From assembly GCA_031414775.1 (NCBI GenBank), contig JANOQI010000053.1:1-24179 (forward strand): a stretch of DNA of 24,179 nt. Reading direction: 5' to 3'. The notes under the pieces were generated by a model. That model was not told the origin of the DNA. It ran no database searches and saw only the letters and a program-made list of their open reading frames with translations. The translations under genes and the position numbers were made by a program. Positions within the stretch are counted from its first letter, which is position 1, and every line of letters starts with the position of its first letter. The stretch is from Synechococcales cyanobacterium VAR_4_metabat_354 (GTDB lineage: Bacteria > Cyanobacteriota > Cyanobacteriia > Cyanobacteriales > Chamaesiphonaceae). Shown here one piece after another: positions 7,927 through 18,018 of this stretch.

Positions 7927-8872
7927 TTTCACTTTAATATCTGAATCTTTTTCTCTTATTCCTTTTCTGATACTGCATTACAACTAGTTGTATCTGATTT
8001 ATTGATTTCAGAAGTGTAGTATTGGATACATCTTTTTTACAAATTATGTGATCAATGTACCTTTACAAAATAATAAACTCAACCTAACATTTTAAGAGTA
8101 AACACATCTAAATTTGTTTTTAGATGTACAAGAAAATTCAAACTTACCAAGAAGCATATTTCCTGTCTAGTGGAATATGACATCTTGAAAATCTATGAAA
8201 CCTATAAATCTTGCAAGACGATATAGTACTTAAATCAAGTACGAGATATATTCCTTGGCTGACTCTTAGCTAGTGGAATAAACCATGGCAGCAAACAGGA
8301 CTTCTCTCGCGTCAAAGTGATGATTCTCTAGCTTCCATAGTAGTCTTCGCTTAATCCAATTAAGAGCTACAAGCTTCACAAAAAATTTGTTGGCTTTAGT
8401 TGGGTGAATTCGTTTTCAGTAAAGCTTACCCTTGTAAATATTCTCAACTGCCTAAGTTGCTGACAATATTTATTCAAGAAAAGTAATAACAAGAAATTGA
8501 TAAGAAAGTTCGTCATTTTTGAAAAGATATTTAAACTATACGAATCTTCGTTAGTTCAGATAAATTTTTTGCGTGAAGAATTATCGCTCTGATTTTGTTT
8601 CTAGAAAAAATGAAATACTTCCAAGAATTTTTCATCTTAATAGTAAACATGAACAGTCTTTGCTCCTATGAAAACTCTAGAAGAATCTTGAGACACAATA
8701 TCTTCTAGAAATTACATTCAATAAACTTTCGATGAAAACCTGGAAAAGTTTATATTTGGAAACAGATATAAGCTGAAATAGATAGATTTATATTGCCCAA
8801 TTATTTGCAATTTTTATCGCAAATAATCAATCAATTTTACTAACAATTACTACTGTCTAGAAAGACTGGAGA

Positions 8873-11800
8873 TTGACTATGCAAACTAACGATTTGACTA
8901 TTAAAAAGCTCGACAACACAAAGTCAGAAAGTTTAATCGAAAAGTCTCTTCCTGACTTGTTTCGAGAACAAGTACAGCTCCATCCCAATAAGGAAGCAGT
9001 TGTCTGTGGCAATGAAGGACTAACTTACCAAGAACTATCCGAAATTAGTTCGCGTTTAGGTTCGTATCTTACGCATCTTGGTGTAGCTGTTGATGAACAT
9101 GTAGGTATCTTCCTTGATTCATCACTTGATTTAGTCATCGGGGTTTGGGGCATTCTGTTTTCAGGCAGTGCTTATTTGCCATTATCACCAGAATATCCCG
9201 AAGATCGATTGAGATATATGGTCGAGGATGCAGGTGTCAAAATTGTTTTTTCACAAGAAAAGCAACGCATTAGGTTGGCAGAGCTATTGCCTCCAGGTAC
9301 ACGAATTGTTACCCTTGAAGAGGCCAAGGAGTTTAAGGTACCAGCTGACATAACTGGACAAAGTGGACTCTGCGAACGACCACATTCAGGCGACTTAGCC
9401 TATATCATTTATACCTCTGGAAGTACGGGGAAGCCCAAGGGAGTGATGATTGAGCACCGCAGTATCATCAATCAGATAAGTTGGATGAAAACTGCTTGCA
9501 AGTTAGATCAGAACAAAGTAGTGCTCCAAAAAACACCTATGAGTTTTGACGCAGCACAATGGGAGATTCTTGCATCTTGTTATGGCAGTAAAATTATTAT
9601 GAGTCGCCCTGGAGCTTATAAAGATCCAGAACAATTAATCGACACTATTATCCGACATAATGTGACAACTCTGCAATGCGTTCCAACTCTCCTCCAAGCT
9701 CTTCTCGATAATGATATATTCCATAATTGCAAGTCACTCACACAGATATTCAGCGGCGGTGAAATGCTTTCAAGAAAGCTTGCTCTACAATGCATCGAAA
9801 CACTGCCAAAATGTGACTTAACTAATCTCTATGGACCGACCGAATGCACTATTAATACCTCTGCCTTCCAGGTTAATAAAAATACGATTGCTGATTACCC
9901 TAATGCGATTCCAATCGGCACTCCTGTTCACAACACTCAGTACTACATTCTCAATAGCCAAAAGTCGTTGGCATCAGTTGGAGAAATTGGTGAGTTATAC
10001 ATCGGTGGTATTCAACTTGCGCGCGGATATATTAATCGACCAGACTTGAGTAAGGAAAAGTTTATCAACAACTGGTTTTCGACGAGTTCTGAAATTACCA
10101 AGCTTTATCAGACAGGGGATTTAGCCCATTGGAATCCAGATGGGACTGTTCAGTTCGTTAGCCGAGTAGACAATCAAGTGAAACTTAGAGGATTTCGGAT
10201 TGAACTCGACGAAGTAAAGCAGATAATTGAAACACATGATTGGGTCAAGCACGCAGCTGCCATAGTCAAGGAAAATCCCCGTGTTGGATGTCCTGATTTA
10301 GTCGCATTTGTTGAATTGAGTCCCAAGGAAGCTGCTCTGATGGATCAGGGTACTAGAGGAGAACACCATCTGTCGAAAAAAAACAAGCTTCAGGTTAAGG
10401 CTCAATTATCGAATCTTGGATATAGAGATGTCGATGAAAATAATAGCAAAATGGTGGTCAATCTCCCAGGTAAAACACCAGAAAAGGGACAGCGGCGATT
10501 GGCATTCGCTCGAAAATCCTACCGTTTATTTGAGGGAGGTACCATCCAAAAAGCTGATATTGTGAAGCTACTGAGTAGACAAGTCACAGGCGGTGAGCAA
10601 TATAGCTTAGAAGGTTATCGCGGCTTAAATAAATTGAGCTTCACAGAAATAGGTCAGATTTTAAGATATTTCGGGCAGTTTCACAGCAACGAGCGTTTAT
10701 TACCCAAGTACGCTTATGCATCTCCCGGTGCATTGTACGCAACGCAAATGTATCTTGAATTAGTCAATGTAGCTGGCTTGAAAACAGGTTACTACTATTA
10801 TCATCCAGAGCACCATCAATTAATCCTAATCAATGAAATAGATAGTCTAGAAAAGACCCAAATAAAAATACACTTCATTGGCAAAAAGAAAGCTATTGAA
10901 CTAGTTTACAAAAACAATGTTCAAGAGGTACTTGAAATTGAAACTGGCCACATGTTGGGTTTGTTTGACGAAATCCTTCCAGCGTATGAGCTTGGCATCG
11001 AAGAGGCTGATTATATACCAGCGGTAAAGGATAACTTAGTGTGTTCAGACGAGGACTATTACCTAGGTACCTTTGAATTGGAACCTCGTGTCAGGCCGCT
11101 TTCAGCAGAATTGGTTGATATCTATGTGCAAAGCCATCCTGGAAAGATCGCCGATCTACCTGTAGGTCAATACAAGTACAAAGATGGCTACTTAGAAAAG
11201 ATTTCAGATAACCTCATTCTAAAGAAGCATGTAATAGCTATCAACCAGAAAACCTATGAACACGCGAGTTTTGGAATCACAATAATTGGTAGAGGCAATA
11301 ATAAATGGGCTAACTATATTGCGCTTGGTAGAAAACTTCAACATTTACAGATGAACGATCAAAGTCTTGGCCTAATGTCATCAGGGTACAGTTCCGAGAC
11401 TGGTAATGATCTTCCTTCGGCGAAGCAAATCACAAAAATACTAAGCGCCAGTGATGAAGAATCGGGGTCTTCTTACTTCTGTGTTGGTGGTCGCGTGAGC
11501 TATGAACAATTAATCAGCGAAGGGATGAAGGAAGATGCCGTCCAAATGAAAGGTCCGGCAGAATTGATCAAAGAAGATATCCGCAACTTTTTGCCTGATT
11601 ATATGATGCCTAACAGAATCATAGTGATGGACAAGTTACCACTTACTGCTAATGGGAAAGTCGATTTTAAAGCACTAGAAGCAGCGGACAAGGTGAATAT
11701 GGAAATGGCTACATGGTCAATCGTCGCACCTAGGACAAATACTGAACAGCGAGTAAGTGAGATTTGGAAGAAGGCGATGAAGTGGGATTCTGTCTCGGTA

Positions 11801-12811
11801 CAAGACGATTTTTTTGAATCCGGTGGAAACTCACTTATTGCAGTAGTCATGATCAATAGGATCAACAGAGAGTTCAATTGCAACTTGCCTTTATATGCTC
11901 TTTTTGAGGCTTCAACCATCGAAAAGCTCGCACACAAAATTGATAGTAATGAAGTTAATTTTTCGCGTTTAGTAAGTTTATCTTCTAAAGGAGTAGAGAA
12001 TCCAGTGTATTGCTGGCCTGGACTAGGTGGCTACCCCATGAGCTTAAAACTACTGGCAGACGAAATAAATATCAATCGACCCTTTTATGGTTTTCAAGCG
12101 CATGGAATCAACCAAGGCGAGCAGCCGTTTTCGTCCATCAAGGAAATGGCTGTTGAAGACATTAAGGAAATAAAGCGTATTCAACCATCTGGTCCCTATA
12201 CGCTCTGGGGATATTCCTTCGGAGCAAGAGTGGCCTTTGAGGTAGCGTATCAGCTTGAGCAATCCGGTGAACATGTAGAAAAACTCTTTTTGATCGCTCC
12301 GGGATCGCCAAAAATTGGAACTGAGCATGAAGCTATTCATGATAACCAACCTGTATTTAGCAACAAAGCCTATGTGACTATTCTTTTCTCGGTTTTCGCA
12401 CGTAGTATCAACGGCTCTGTACTAGAAGAATGTTTGCAGGTGGCAAAAGATGAAAGCAGCTTTGTTTCATTCATTTGCTCAAGATATAGAGATCTTGATT
12501 TAGAACTAGTGGAACGAATCGTCAAAATTGTTAGCCAGACATATGAAGCCAAGTACACATTTAGTGAGCTAGCGGAGAGGCAGATCATTGCGCCCATAAC
12601 TATTTTTAAAGCCAATGGTGATGATTATTCATTCATTGAGAACCATGGTGGTTACTCTAAAAGAACTCCAATGGTTATAGACCTCAATGTTGATCACTAC
12701 AGTATGCTTACCGTAACAGGCATCAACGAACTGGTCAGGGCGATTAGCTACCAGCTTGGTGAGGATAGTAAGCTTCAAAAAATAGTTCTCTCTCAGTCGA
12801 ATATGGAGTAA
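8873..12811 (+). CDS. indC: Single-module NRPS A(Ox)-T-TE, indigoidine synthetase (IndC/BpsA type); start may be ATG 8879
   Basis: A domain YTSGSTGKPKG and TPMSFDAAQWE. FMN oxidase inserted in the A domain (FARKSYRLF, RLLPKYAYASPGALYATQ). T domain DDFFESGGNSL. TE CWPGLGGYPM and GYSFG. No C domain. Adjacent to pecS/pecM. Confidence 0.9.
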   Translation: MTMQTNDLTIKKLDNTKSESLIEKSLPDLFREQVQLHPNKEAVVCGNEGLTYQELSEISSRLGSYLTHLGVAVDEHVGIFLDSSLDLVIGVWGILFSGSAYLPLSPEYPEDRLRYMVEDAGVKIVFSQEKQRIRLAELLPPGTRIVTLEEAKEFKVPADITGQSGLCERPHSGDLAYIIYTSGSTGKPKGVMIEHRSIINQISWMKTACKLDQNKVVLQKTPMSFDAAQWEILASCYGSKIIMSRPGAYKDPEQLIDTIIRHNVTTLQCVPTLLQALLDNDIFHNCKSLTQIFSGGEMLSRKLALQCIETLPKCDLTNLYGPTECTINTSAFQVNKNTIADYPNAIPIGTPVHNTQYYILNSQKSLASVGEIGELYIGGIQLARGYINRPDLSKEKFINNWFSTSSEITKLYQTGDLAHWNPDGTVQFVSRVDNQVKLRGFRIELDEVKQIIETHDWVKHAAAIVKENPRVGCPDLVAFVELSPKEAALMDQGTRGEHHLSKKNKLQVKAQLSNLGYRDVDENNSKMVVNLPGKTPEKGQRRLAFARKSYRLFEGGTIQKADIVKLLSRQVTGGEQYSLEGYRGLNKLSFTEIGQILRYFGQFHSNERLLPKYAYASPGALYATQMYLELVNVAGLKTGYYYYHPEHHQLILINEIDSLEKTQIKIHFIGKKKAIELVYKNNVQEVLEIETGHMLGLFDEILPAYELGIEEADYIPAVKDNLVCSDEDYYLGTFELEPRVRPLSAELVDIYVQSHPGKIADLPVGQYKYKDGYLEKISDNLILKKHVIAINQKTYEHASFGITIIGRGNNKWANYIALGRKLQHLQMNDQSLGLMSSGYSSETGNDLPSAKQITKILSASDEESGSSYFCVGGRVSYEQLISEGMKEDAVQMKGPAELIKEDIRNFLPDYMMPNRIIVMDKLPLTANGKVDFKALEAADKVNMEMATWSIVAPRTNTEQRVSEIWKKAMKWDSVSVQDDFFESGGNSLIAVVMINRINREFNCNLPLYALFEASTIEKLAHKIDSNEVNFSRLVSLSSKGVENPVYCWPGLGGYPMSLKLLADEININRPFYGFQAHGINQGEQPFSSIKEMAVEDIKEIKRIQPSGPYTLWGYSFGARVAFEVAYQLEQSGEHVEKLFLIAPGSPKIGTEHEAIHDNQPVFSNKAYVTILFSVFARSINGSVLEECLQVAKDESSFVSFICSRYRDLDLELVERIVKIVSQTYEAKYTFSELAERQIIAPITIFKANGDDYSFIENHGGYSKRTPMVIDLNVDHYSMLTVTGINELVRAISYQLGEDSKLQKIVLSQSNME

Positions 12812-12923
12812 TTGTCGATACTGTTACGCAACCAAGACTGAATAGCAAATCCATTCTGCTAAGCTTTGGTTGTGTAATGCTAGTCTAGCCACCAAGAAAC
12901 AAAGCAGGTGTTCTTACAATATA

Positions 12924-12964
12924 GCCGGTGGTGATTCTTCCTTTTAATTAAAATTGCTACCGGC
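12924..12964. terminator. Probable terminator hairpin between convergent indC and pecS
   Basis: GCCGGTGGTGATT…AATTGCTACCGGC inverted repeat (with G-U pairs). Confidence 0.5.
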
Positions 12965-13017
12965 ATGGCATTCCTGGTAAACAGCGGCTGACAACCTTTG
13001 ATTCTCTTACTTAATCG

Positions 13018-13524
13018 CTACTTCTCAAGCGAAATTAAAAGCTTGCGCAGCAATTGAGCAAGTGCTTCACGTTCCGTTTCTTCTAAAGCGATCAGAAGAC
13101 GATGCCCGTTATCAACATGAGCCTCAACAGCTGTTTCAATCAGACTGAGACCTCTATTTGTCAACTGAATTAGCATCCCTCGCCGATCGCTTGGATCGGG
13201 TATACGCTTGACTAAGCCAGCTGGTTCTAATCGATCAATACGATGCGTCATCGTACCGGATGAAACCATCAAGGTGTTAAATAACTCAGTCGGTGAAAGC
13301 TGATATGGTTGACCAGAACGGCACAATGTTGCTAATACATCGAATTCTCCACCATTCAAGTTAAATTCTGAAACTGTCTCTTGAATCGATCGCTCTAAAT
13401 ATTTACTCAGTCGTCCTATTCTTCCAATAATGCCCATTGGTGATACATCTAAATCCGGTCGCTCTTTCTGCCATTGAGCCAAAATTGCATCAACTGGATC
13501 AACACTCATTGAAGTATTGCTCAT
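13018..13524 (-). CDS. pecS: MarR-family regulator PecS
   Basis: DPVDAILAQWQKERPDLD N-terminal helix (urate-responsive/PecS subgroup), EFDVLATL, DPSDRRG. Divergent from an EamA gene. Confidence 0.85.
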   Translation of the reverse strand: MSNTSMSVDPVDAILAQWQKERPDLDVSPMGIIGRIGRLSKYLERSIQETVSEFNLNGGEFDVLATLCRSGQPYQLSPTELFNTLMVSSGTMTHRIDRLEPAGLVKRIPDPSDRRGMLIQLTNRGLSLIETAVEAHVDNGHRLLIALEETEREALAQLLRKLLISLEK

Positions 13525-13531
13525 ATATAAA

Positions 13532-13604
13532 GTCTTAACATTAAATATCTTAGCATCAAGATAAATGTTAGAATCTCGATGTCGAGTATCTTAATATGAA
13601 GATA
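13532..13604. promoter_or_regulatory. Tandem palindromic operators TATCTT-N6-AAGATA (likely PecS sites)
   Basis: Perfect copies at 13546..13563 and 13587..13604, each overlapped by a degenerate copy (~13532 and ~13572). Confidence 0.75.
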
Positions 13605-14462
13605 AAAAACATGAAGAAACCGACTGTTCAACTATCTGATATTCTGCTGACTGCTCTAGCACCGATGAGTTGGGGAACAACTTATTTTGTGGCAACTGAA
13701 CTTCTACCACCTCACCATCCCCTATTGGTTGCTGCCTTGCGATCACTCCCGATTGGTATTTTGTTGACAGCATGGTTGAGACAGCTCCCTCAAGGTATTT
13801 GGTGGTGGCGTATTTTACTCCTAGGCAGTCTCAATATCGGTATCTTTCAAGCGCTGTTATTTATCGCTGCTTATCGCCTACCAGGTGGCGTTGCGGCAAC
13901 AGCTGGTGCGATCCAACCTTTATTGGTCGTACTATTTTCTTGGACAATATTGAATGAAAGACCATCTAAGCTATCTATTGTGGCTGCGATCGCTGGTTTT
14001 TTTGGTGTCGGGTTACTAGTTCTTGGTCCTGCTGCACGCCTTGATAGTGTTGGTGTTATAGCTGCGATCGCTGGAGCTGCCACAATGGGTCTCGGAACGG
14101 TATTAGTCAAACGGTGGAAGCGCCCAGTTTCTTTACTTGTATTTACAGCATGGCAGTTAGCAGTTGGCGGCATCGTTCTACTGCCGATTGCTCTAGTGAC
14201 TGAAGGACCAATAACTCATCTTTCAATAACTAACGTATTAGGCTTCGTTTACCTGGGCGTAGTTGGCACTGGAATTGCCTATGCACTCTGGTTCAGAGGG
14301 ATTGATAAACTGAAAACATCAGCTGTTTCATCTCTGGGATTGATGAGTCCTGTAGTCGCAACATTAGTTGGATTTTTCTCATTACACCAAAAGCTCACAA
14401 CAATTCAACTTGTTGGGATGGCCATCGTTTTAATAAGTGTTCTAGTCGGAGCGACAAACTAA
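13596..14462 (+). CDS. pecM: EamA/DMT exporter PecM (likely start ATG 13611)
   Basis: LLTALAPMSWGTTY.VATELLP and AAYRLPGGVAAT motifs; ~10 TM segments. Confidence 0.88.
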   Translation: MKIKNMKKPTVQLSDILLTALAPMSWGTTYFVATELLPPHHPLLVAALRSLPIGILLTAWLRQLPQGIWWWRILLLGSLNIGIFQALLFIAAYRLPGGVAATAGAIQPLLVVLFSWTILNERPSKLSIVAAIAGFFGVGLLVLGPAARLDSVGVIAAIAGAATMGLGTVLVKRWKRPVSLLVFTAWQLAVGGIVLLPIALVTEGPITHLSITNVLGFVYLGVVGTGIAYALWFRGIDKLKTSAVSSLGLMSPVVATLVGFFSLHQKLTTIQLVGMAIVLISVLVGATN

Positions 14463-14485
14463 TCAATTACGTCAACCTTCAGGGA

Positions 14486-15073
14486 GTGCCAGTGGAGGAT
14501 TATCGTAAGATCCTAGCATGGGTCGATCGAACTACCGATCTTGGTAGGCGTGACTATGCCATCCTGCGGCTGCTGTGGGATAATGCGCTCCGCCGTGAAG
14601 AAATCGTTACCCTCGAACTCAGCGATTATCTACCAAAACAAGGACAACTGATGGTTTTGGGTAAGGGTCAAATTGATCAGCAGTCGATCGATCTCAATCC
14701 CCAAGTCATTGAAGCATTGGATGAATGGGTGGCCTTTCGAGTTGGTCTTGGTTTTCAGCCGAAAAATGGCTCTGAGCGTGATGTCGCTTTATTCTTGAGT
14801 CGCAACGGTCGGCGGCTCTCTGGTACCGATGTCTTCCGCATTCTCAAAAACTACGCTGACCTCGCTGAAGTCCAGATTTCTCCGCATCGAGTAAGGCACA
14901 GTGCAATTACCGCCTACTTGGATTCTAGCGATGGCAATATCAGGGTGGCTCAGTCATTGTCGAGGCACAAAGACCCCAGGACGCTGATGATTTATGATGA
15001 TAGTCGTCAGCAGCTTCAACGACGGGCTACTAGGGAGCTGGGGGATTTGTTGGATGTGGTTGGTGATGGATGA
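14486..15073 (+). pseudogene. Tyrosine recombinase, catalytic domain only (5'-truncated)
   Basis: RDYAILRLL..ALRREE, GKG, HRVRH, SRH, LMIY. The core-binding domain is absent and the frame abuts the pecM stop. Confidence 0.8.
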
Positions 15074-15106
15074 ATATGTGGTAAATAACTATTAACCAAT
15101 CGATCA

Positions 15107-15402
15107 TTACCAAACCAGTTTATTTCCCTGTCCCCAAAAGCCATCAAATTTAGCAACCTTGATATCGCCTAGAACTTTAGTCTGACAGGCAAGACGAAGA
15201 TTTCGATCGATCGAGTGTGGTGGCAAAGATCTTCTAACGGTATCTTTCCAGTTTACTGATGATACCTCACCTTCAATCTGCACTGCACAAGTTCCACAGG
15301 TGCCGATGCTCATGCAATTGATGAATTTAGCCTTGCCATTGTACAGATCGATACCCTGTTCTAATAAAACCTGCCTGAGATTTGCGCCTGGTTCGCAAAT
15401 AC
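15107..15402 (-). pseudogene. 2Fe-2S ferredoxin-like protein lacking its first residues
   Basis: The frame extends upstream of the called ORF: ICEPGANLRQVLLEQGIDLYNGKAKFINCMSIGTCGTC…RLACQ. There is no start codon before the junction with the brxA remnant. Confidence 0.8.
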
Positions 15403-15661
15403 TTATCCCAAGGTGAGCGATGAGGCATTAGGTTACTGGCTGTATTTGCTCCGGCATCTGTCCTTTTCAGGTTCGCCGATCGACAATCCCTATCTGCGTT
15501 CGGTGGGATTGAGCGATGTGAATTTAGAACAACGGGTGAGACAGTTGCCTGGATTTGCTTTTGCGCGGATGAGCGATCTCTACGATTTTGGCTGGCAGTA
15601 TCCAGATCTCCAGGCTTGGGCGGCGGGGGTTTTGAGCGATGGGGGTGAGATCGGCGGATGA
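15401..15661 (+). pseudogene. brxA: 3' remnant of a BREX BrxA-like gene
   Basis: TYPKVSDEALGYWLYLLRHL…; overlaps the brxB start (ATGA). The identity is inferred mainly from position. Confidence 0.6.
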
Positions 15662-16296
15662 CGGGTACACTATTCACAGATGTTTCATTAGATCGATCTA
15701 TTGCGGCTCTCAGAAGCGATTTGCTCGAAGCTAGCGGCCCGAAAATTAGCACGATGCGAAATTATCGGTTTGCCATTTTGGTCTACGATCCAACCGACGA
15801 ATTTAAGCTGCGCCGATTAATTCGGAATTTGAGCGACGATTTGAAAGGCGATGGCTGGAATGTGCGATCAATTTCGCTACATCAACTACTATTAAATCGG
15901 ATTAAGGCTGAAGATCCTAAATTAATCGAGAGCATGATGCGGATGGAACACCGTCTCTATGAGCGCGATCCCGATCGAGCGGTAAATCACCTCAAAGATA
16001 AGCTGTCGCACTACATTGATGGCGTGGATGGGATTGCTAAAGATGTTGTAAATTTAATCGATGAGTTTGCTACTGAGAATACCTTAGTGGCAAACCGCAC
16101 CCTGGTTTTATTGGCGAGAACAGGGGCACTTTATCCCTTTTTTCGCTCGTCAGCATTGCTCAAGCTGATCGATGGGAAAATGCGGAATTTGCCTGTGGTT
16201 TTACTCTATCCTGGCAAGCGTCAAGACTTAAATGCACTGTCATTTATGGGTGAGTTGTCGGCTGACCGTGATTATCGCCCACGCATTTATTCATGA
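15658..16296 (+). CDS. brxB: BREX protein BrxB (DUF1788)
   Basis: FAILVYDP.DEF, GALYPFFRSS.LL, PVVLLYPG, LSFMG…DYRPRIY motifs. Confidence 0.85.
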   Translation: MTGTLFTDVSLDRSIAALRSDLLEASGPKISTMRNYRFAILVYDPTDEFKLRRLIRNLSDDLKGDGWNVRSISLHQLLLNRIKAEDPKLIESMMRMEHRLYERDPDRAVNHLKDKLSHYIDGVDGIAKDVVNLIDEFATENTLVANRTLVLLARTGALYPFFRSSALLKLIDGKMRNLPVVLLYPGKRQDLNALSFMGELSADRDYRPRIYS

Positions 16297-17408
16297 TGGA
16301 GACTACTTCGATGCAGATTAAGGATGTTTTTGCCAATGATGTGACGCGCGATATCGCTCCAGTAATTTACCTCCATGAGCAAGATCCGGTAAAGGTGATG
16401 GCGGAAGTTGCCGAGTACATCGTCACGGGTGGATATCCTGATACAGATCCCCGCCACAAGATTGGAATTCACGAGCAGTTTGTCAAATTGTTGGGCGGTC
16501 TAGCAGAGGAAATACAAAAAGCTGGCGGGGTAGAATTACCCGCCTCATGGATCTCTGGATTTTACGGTTCGGGGAAATCTAGCTTTGCCAAACTTTTAGG
16601 ATTAGCTCTGGATGGCTTAATTTTGCCCGATGGACAGGCGATCGCTGAAGTTTTGCTTAAACGGGATGAATCGCCTAACTTCAGCGAATTTAAGGCGGCT
16701 TGGACGAGGATTCGGAGTCTGGTACAGCCGATCGCTGTCATCTTTGATATTGGAGCGGTGGCACGGGACGACGAACAGATTCATTCAGCGGTGAAGCGGG
16801 AAATCCAGAAACGGCTGGGCTATTGCAGCACCAGTAATTATGTAGCAGATTACGAGTTGAACCTCGAACTTGAAGGTCTGTGGTCGGAGTTTGAAGTGAG
16901 TGCCCAGCAGATACTCGGTCGGGCTTGGGCTGAAGCGAAAGATAGTCGGATGGCTGAGGAAGAATTTTCTCAGGTAATGCACGCTATGAATCCAAGTCGG
17001 TACACCGATCCGTTGAGTTGGTTTGAGAGCCGTGCCGGGGCGAATACGGGTGAGGGATCTTCGGTCGATGAAACAATTAAAGCGATCGCCGAAATGCTGC
17101 GGTTGCGGGCTGCGGGCAAGACTTTGTTTGTGGTAGTCGATGAGGTCAGTCAATATATCTATCAAAACAACACGCGGATGTTGAAGCTTCAGTCTTTTGT
17201 CTCAGCCCTGGGGCAAGGTCACTTAGAACTTAGTATAGATTGCCGTACACACGGCATGGTTAGAAACGAGGCGAAAATCACAATTTGCTTAATGAGGCAA
17301 AATCAACCCTCCCCCAAAAAACCTGCACATCACTCCCAGAAAGAGTCTCGCCAACAGCCAGCACGACCCCAAACACAGCAGCATTTACCGAGTTATGCCA
17401 AGTCTTGA
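16293..17408 (+). pseudogene. brxC: BREX ATPase BrxC, truncated at ~17216 with an unrelated read-through tail
   Basis: WISGFYGSGKS (Walker A) and VVVDEVSQY (Walker B). BrxC-like sequence ends at LQSFVSALGQ, far shorter than full-length BrxC. Confidence 0.85.
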
Positions 17409-17470
17409 ATTCCGCCGCTTCCGATGGGTCTAAAGCCACCCACTCATCTAAATCATTAAATTCCTTGTAA
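17278..17470 (-). pseudogene. Degenerate copy of the 3' end of the 18019..19773 gene
   Basis: Translates as …EAAEFKTWHNSVNAA-VFGVVLAVGETLSGSDVQVFWG, compared with EAVEFKAWYDLVKAA…AIVVLAGGEALAWRDARDLLG. Confidence 0.7.
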
Positions 17471-17504
17471 AATAAAGAAAATCAAAAATGACACTCACTG
17501 AACA

Positions 17505-17708
17505 ATGTCTACAGCCGTTGAACAAATAGAATCCGCAATTCTTAAGCTCTCGCCACAAGAGTTAATTCAACTTACAGACTGGGTTTTAGATTTGGATGAG
17601 CAGCATTGGGACAAACAAATAGCAAGTGATATCAGTACAGGCAAACTAGACTTCCTTGCCCAAGAAGCATTTGCAGAACTAGAGAACGACAACTGCCGGA
17701 TGCTCTAA
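17505..17708 (+). CDS. Putative antitoxin
   Basis: Small acidic protein (WDKQIASD…GKLD.LA.EA), coupled by TAATG to a ParE/RelE-like gene. Confidence 0.75.
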   Translation: MSTAVEQIESAILKLSPQELIQLTDWVLDLDEQHWDKQIASDISTGKLDFLAQEAFAELENDNCRML

Positions 17709-17959
17709 TGCATTACACAACCAAAAGATTCTGGAAATGCTACGACGCTTTACCAGAAACAATTCAGCAGATAGCCGATCAGAACTATACATTACTGAAA
17801 GTCGATCCCTCACACCCATCGTTGCACTTCAAAAAAGTTGGAGAATATTGGTCGGTCAGAGCTGGCAGAGGCTACAGAGCTTTAGGAGTAGAAACCGAAA
17901 AAGGCATTTCCTGGGTCTGGATTGGCTCTCATGCAGAATATGACAAGCTTATTCGTTAG
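17708..17959 (+). CDS. ParE/RelE-like toxin
   Basis: FWKCY..LP…DPSHPSLHFKKV…WSVR.G.GYRALG…WIGSHAEYD signature. Confidence 0.85.
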   Translation: MHYTTKRFWKCYDALPETIQQIADQNYTLLKVDPSHPSLHFKKVGEYWSVRAGRGYRALGVETEKGISWVWIGSHAEYDKLIR

Positions 17960-18018
17960 GCGATCAAACTAAATTTTGACCCTACTCTCGAAAAATCGAT
18001 AACCCTACAGGCTCCCAA

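Noticed and set aside
14486..15073. Tyrosine recombinase as the integron integrase for the attC sites
   Set aside because: No room for the IntI-specific insertion before HxxR, 5'-truncated, and ~10 kb from the attC sites.
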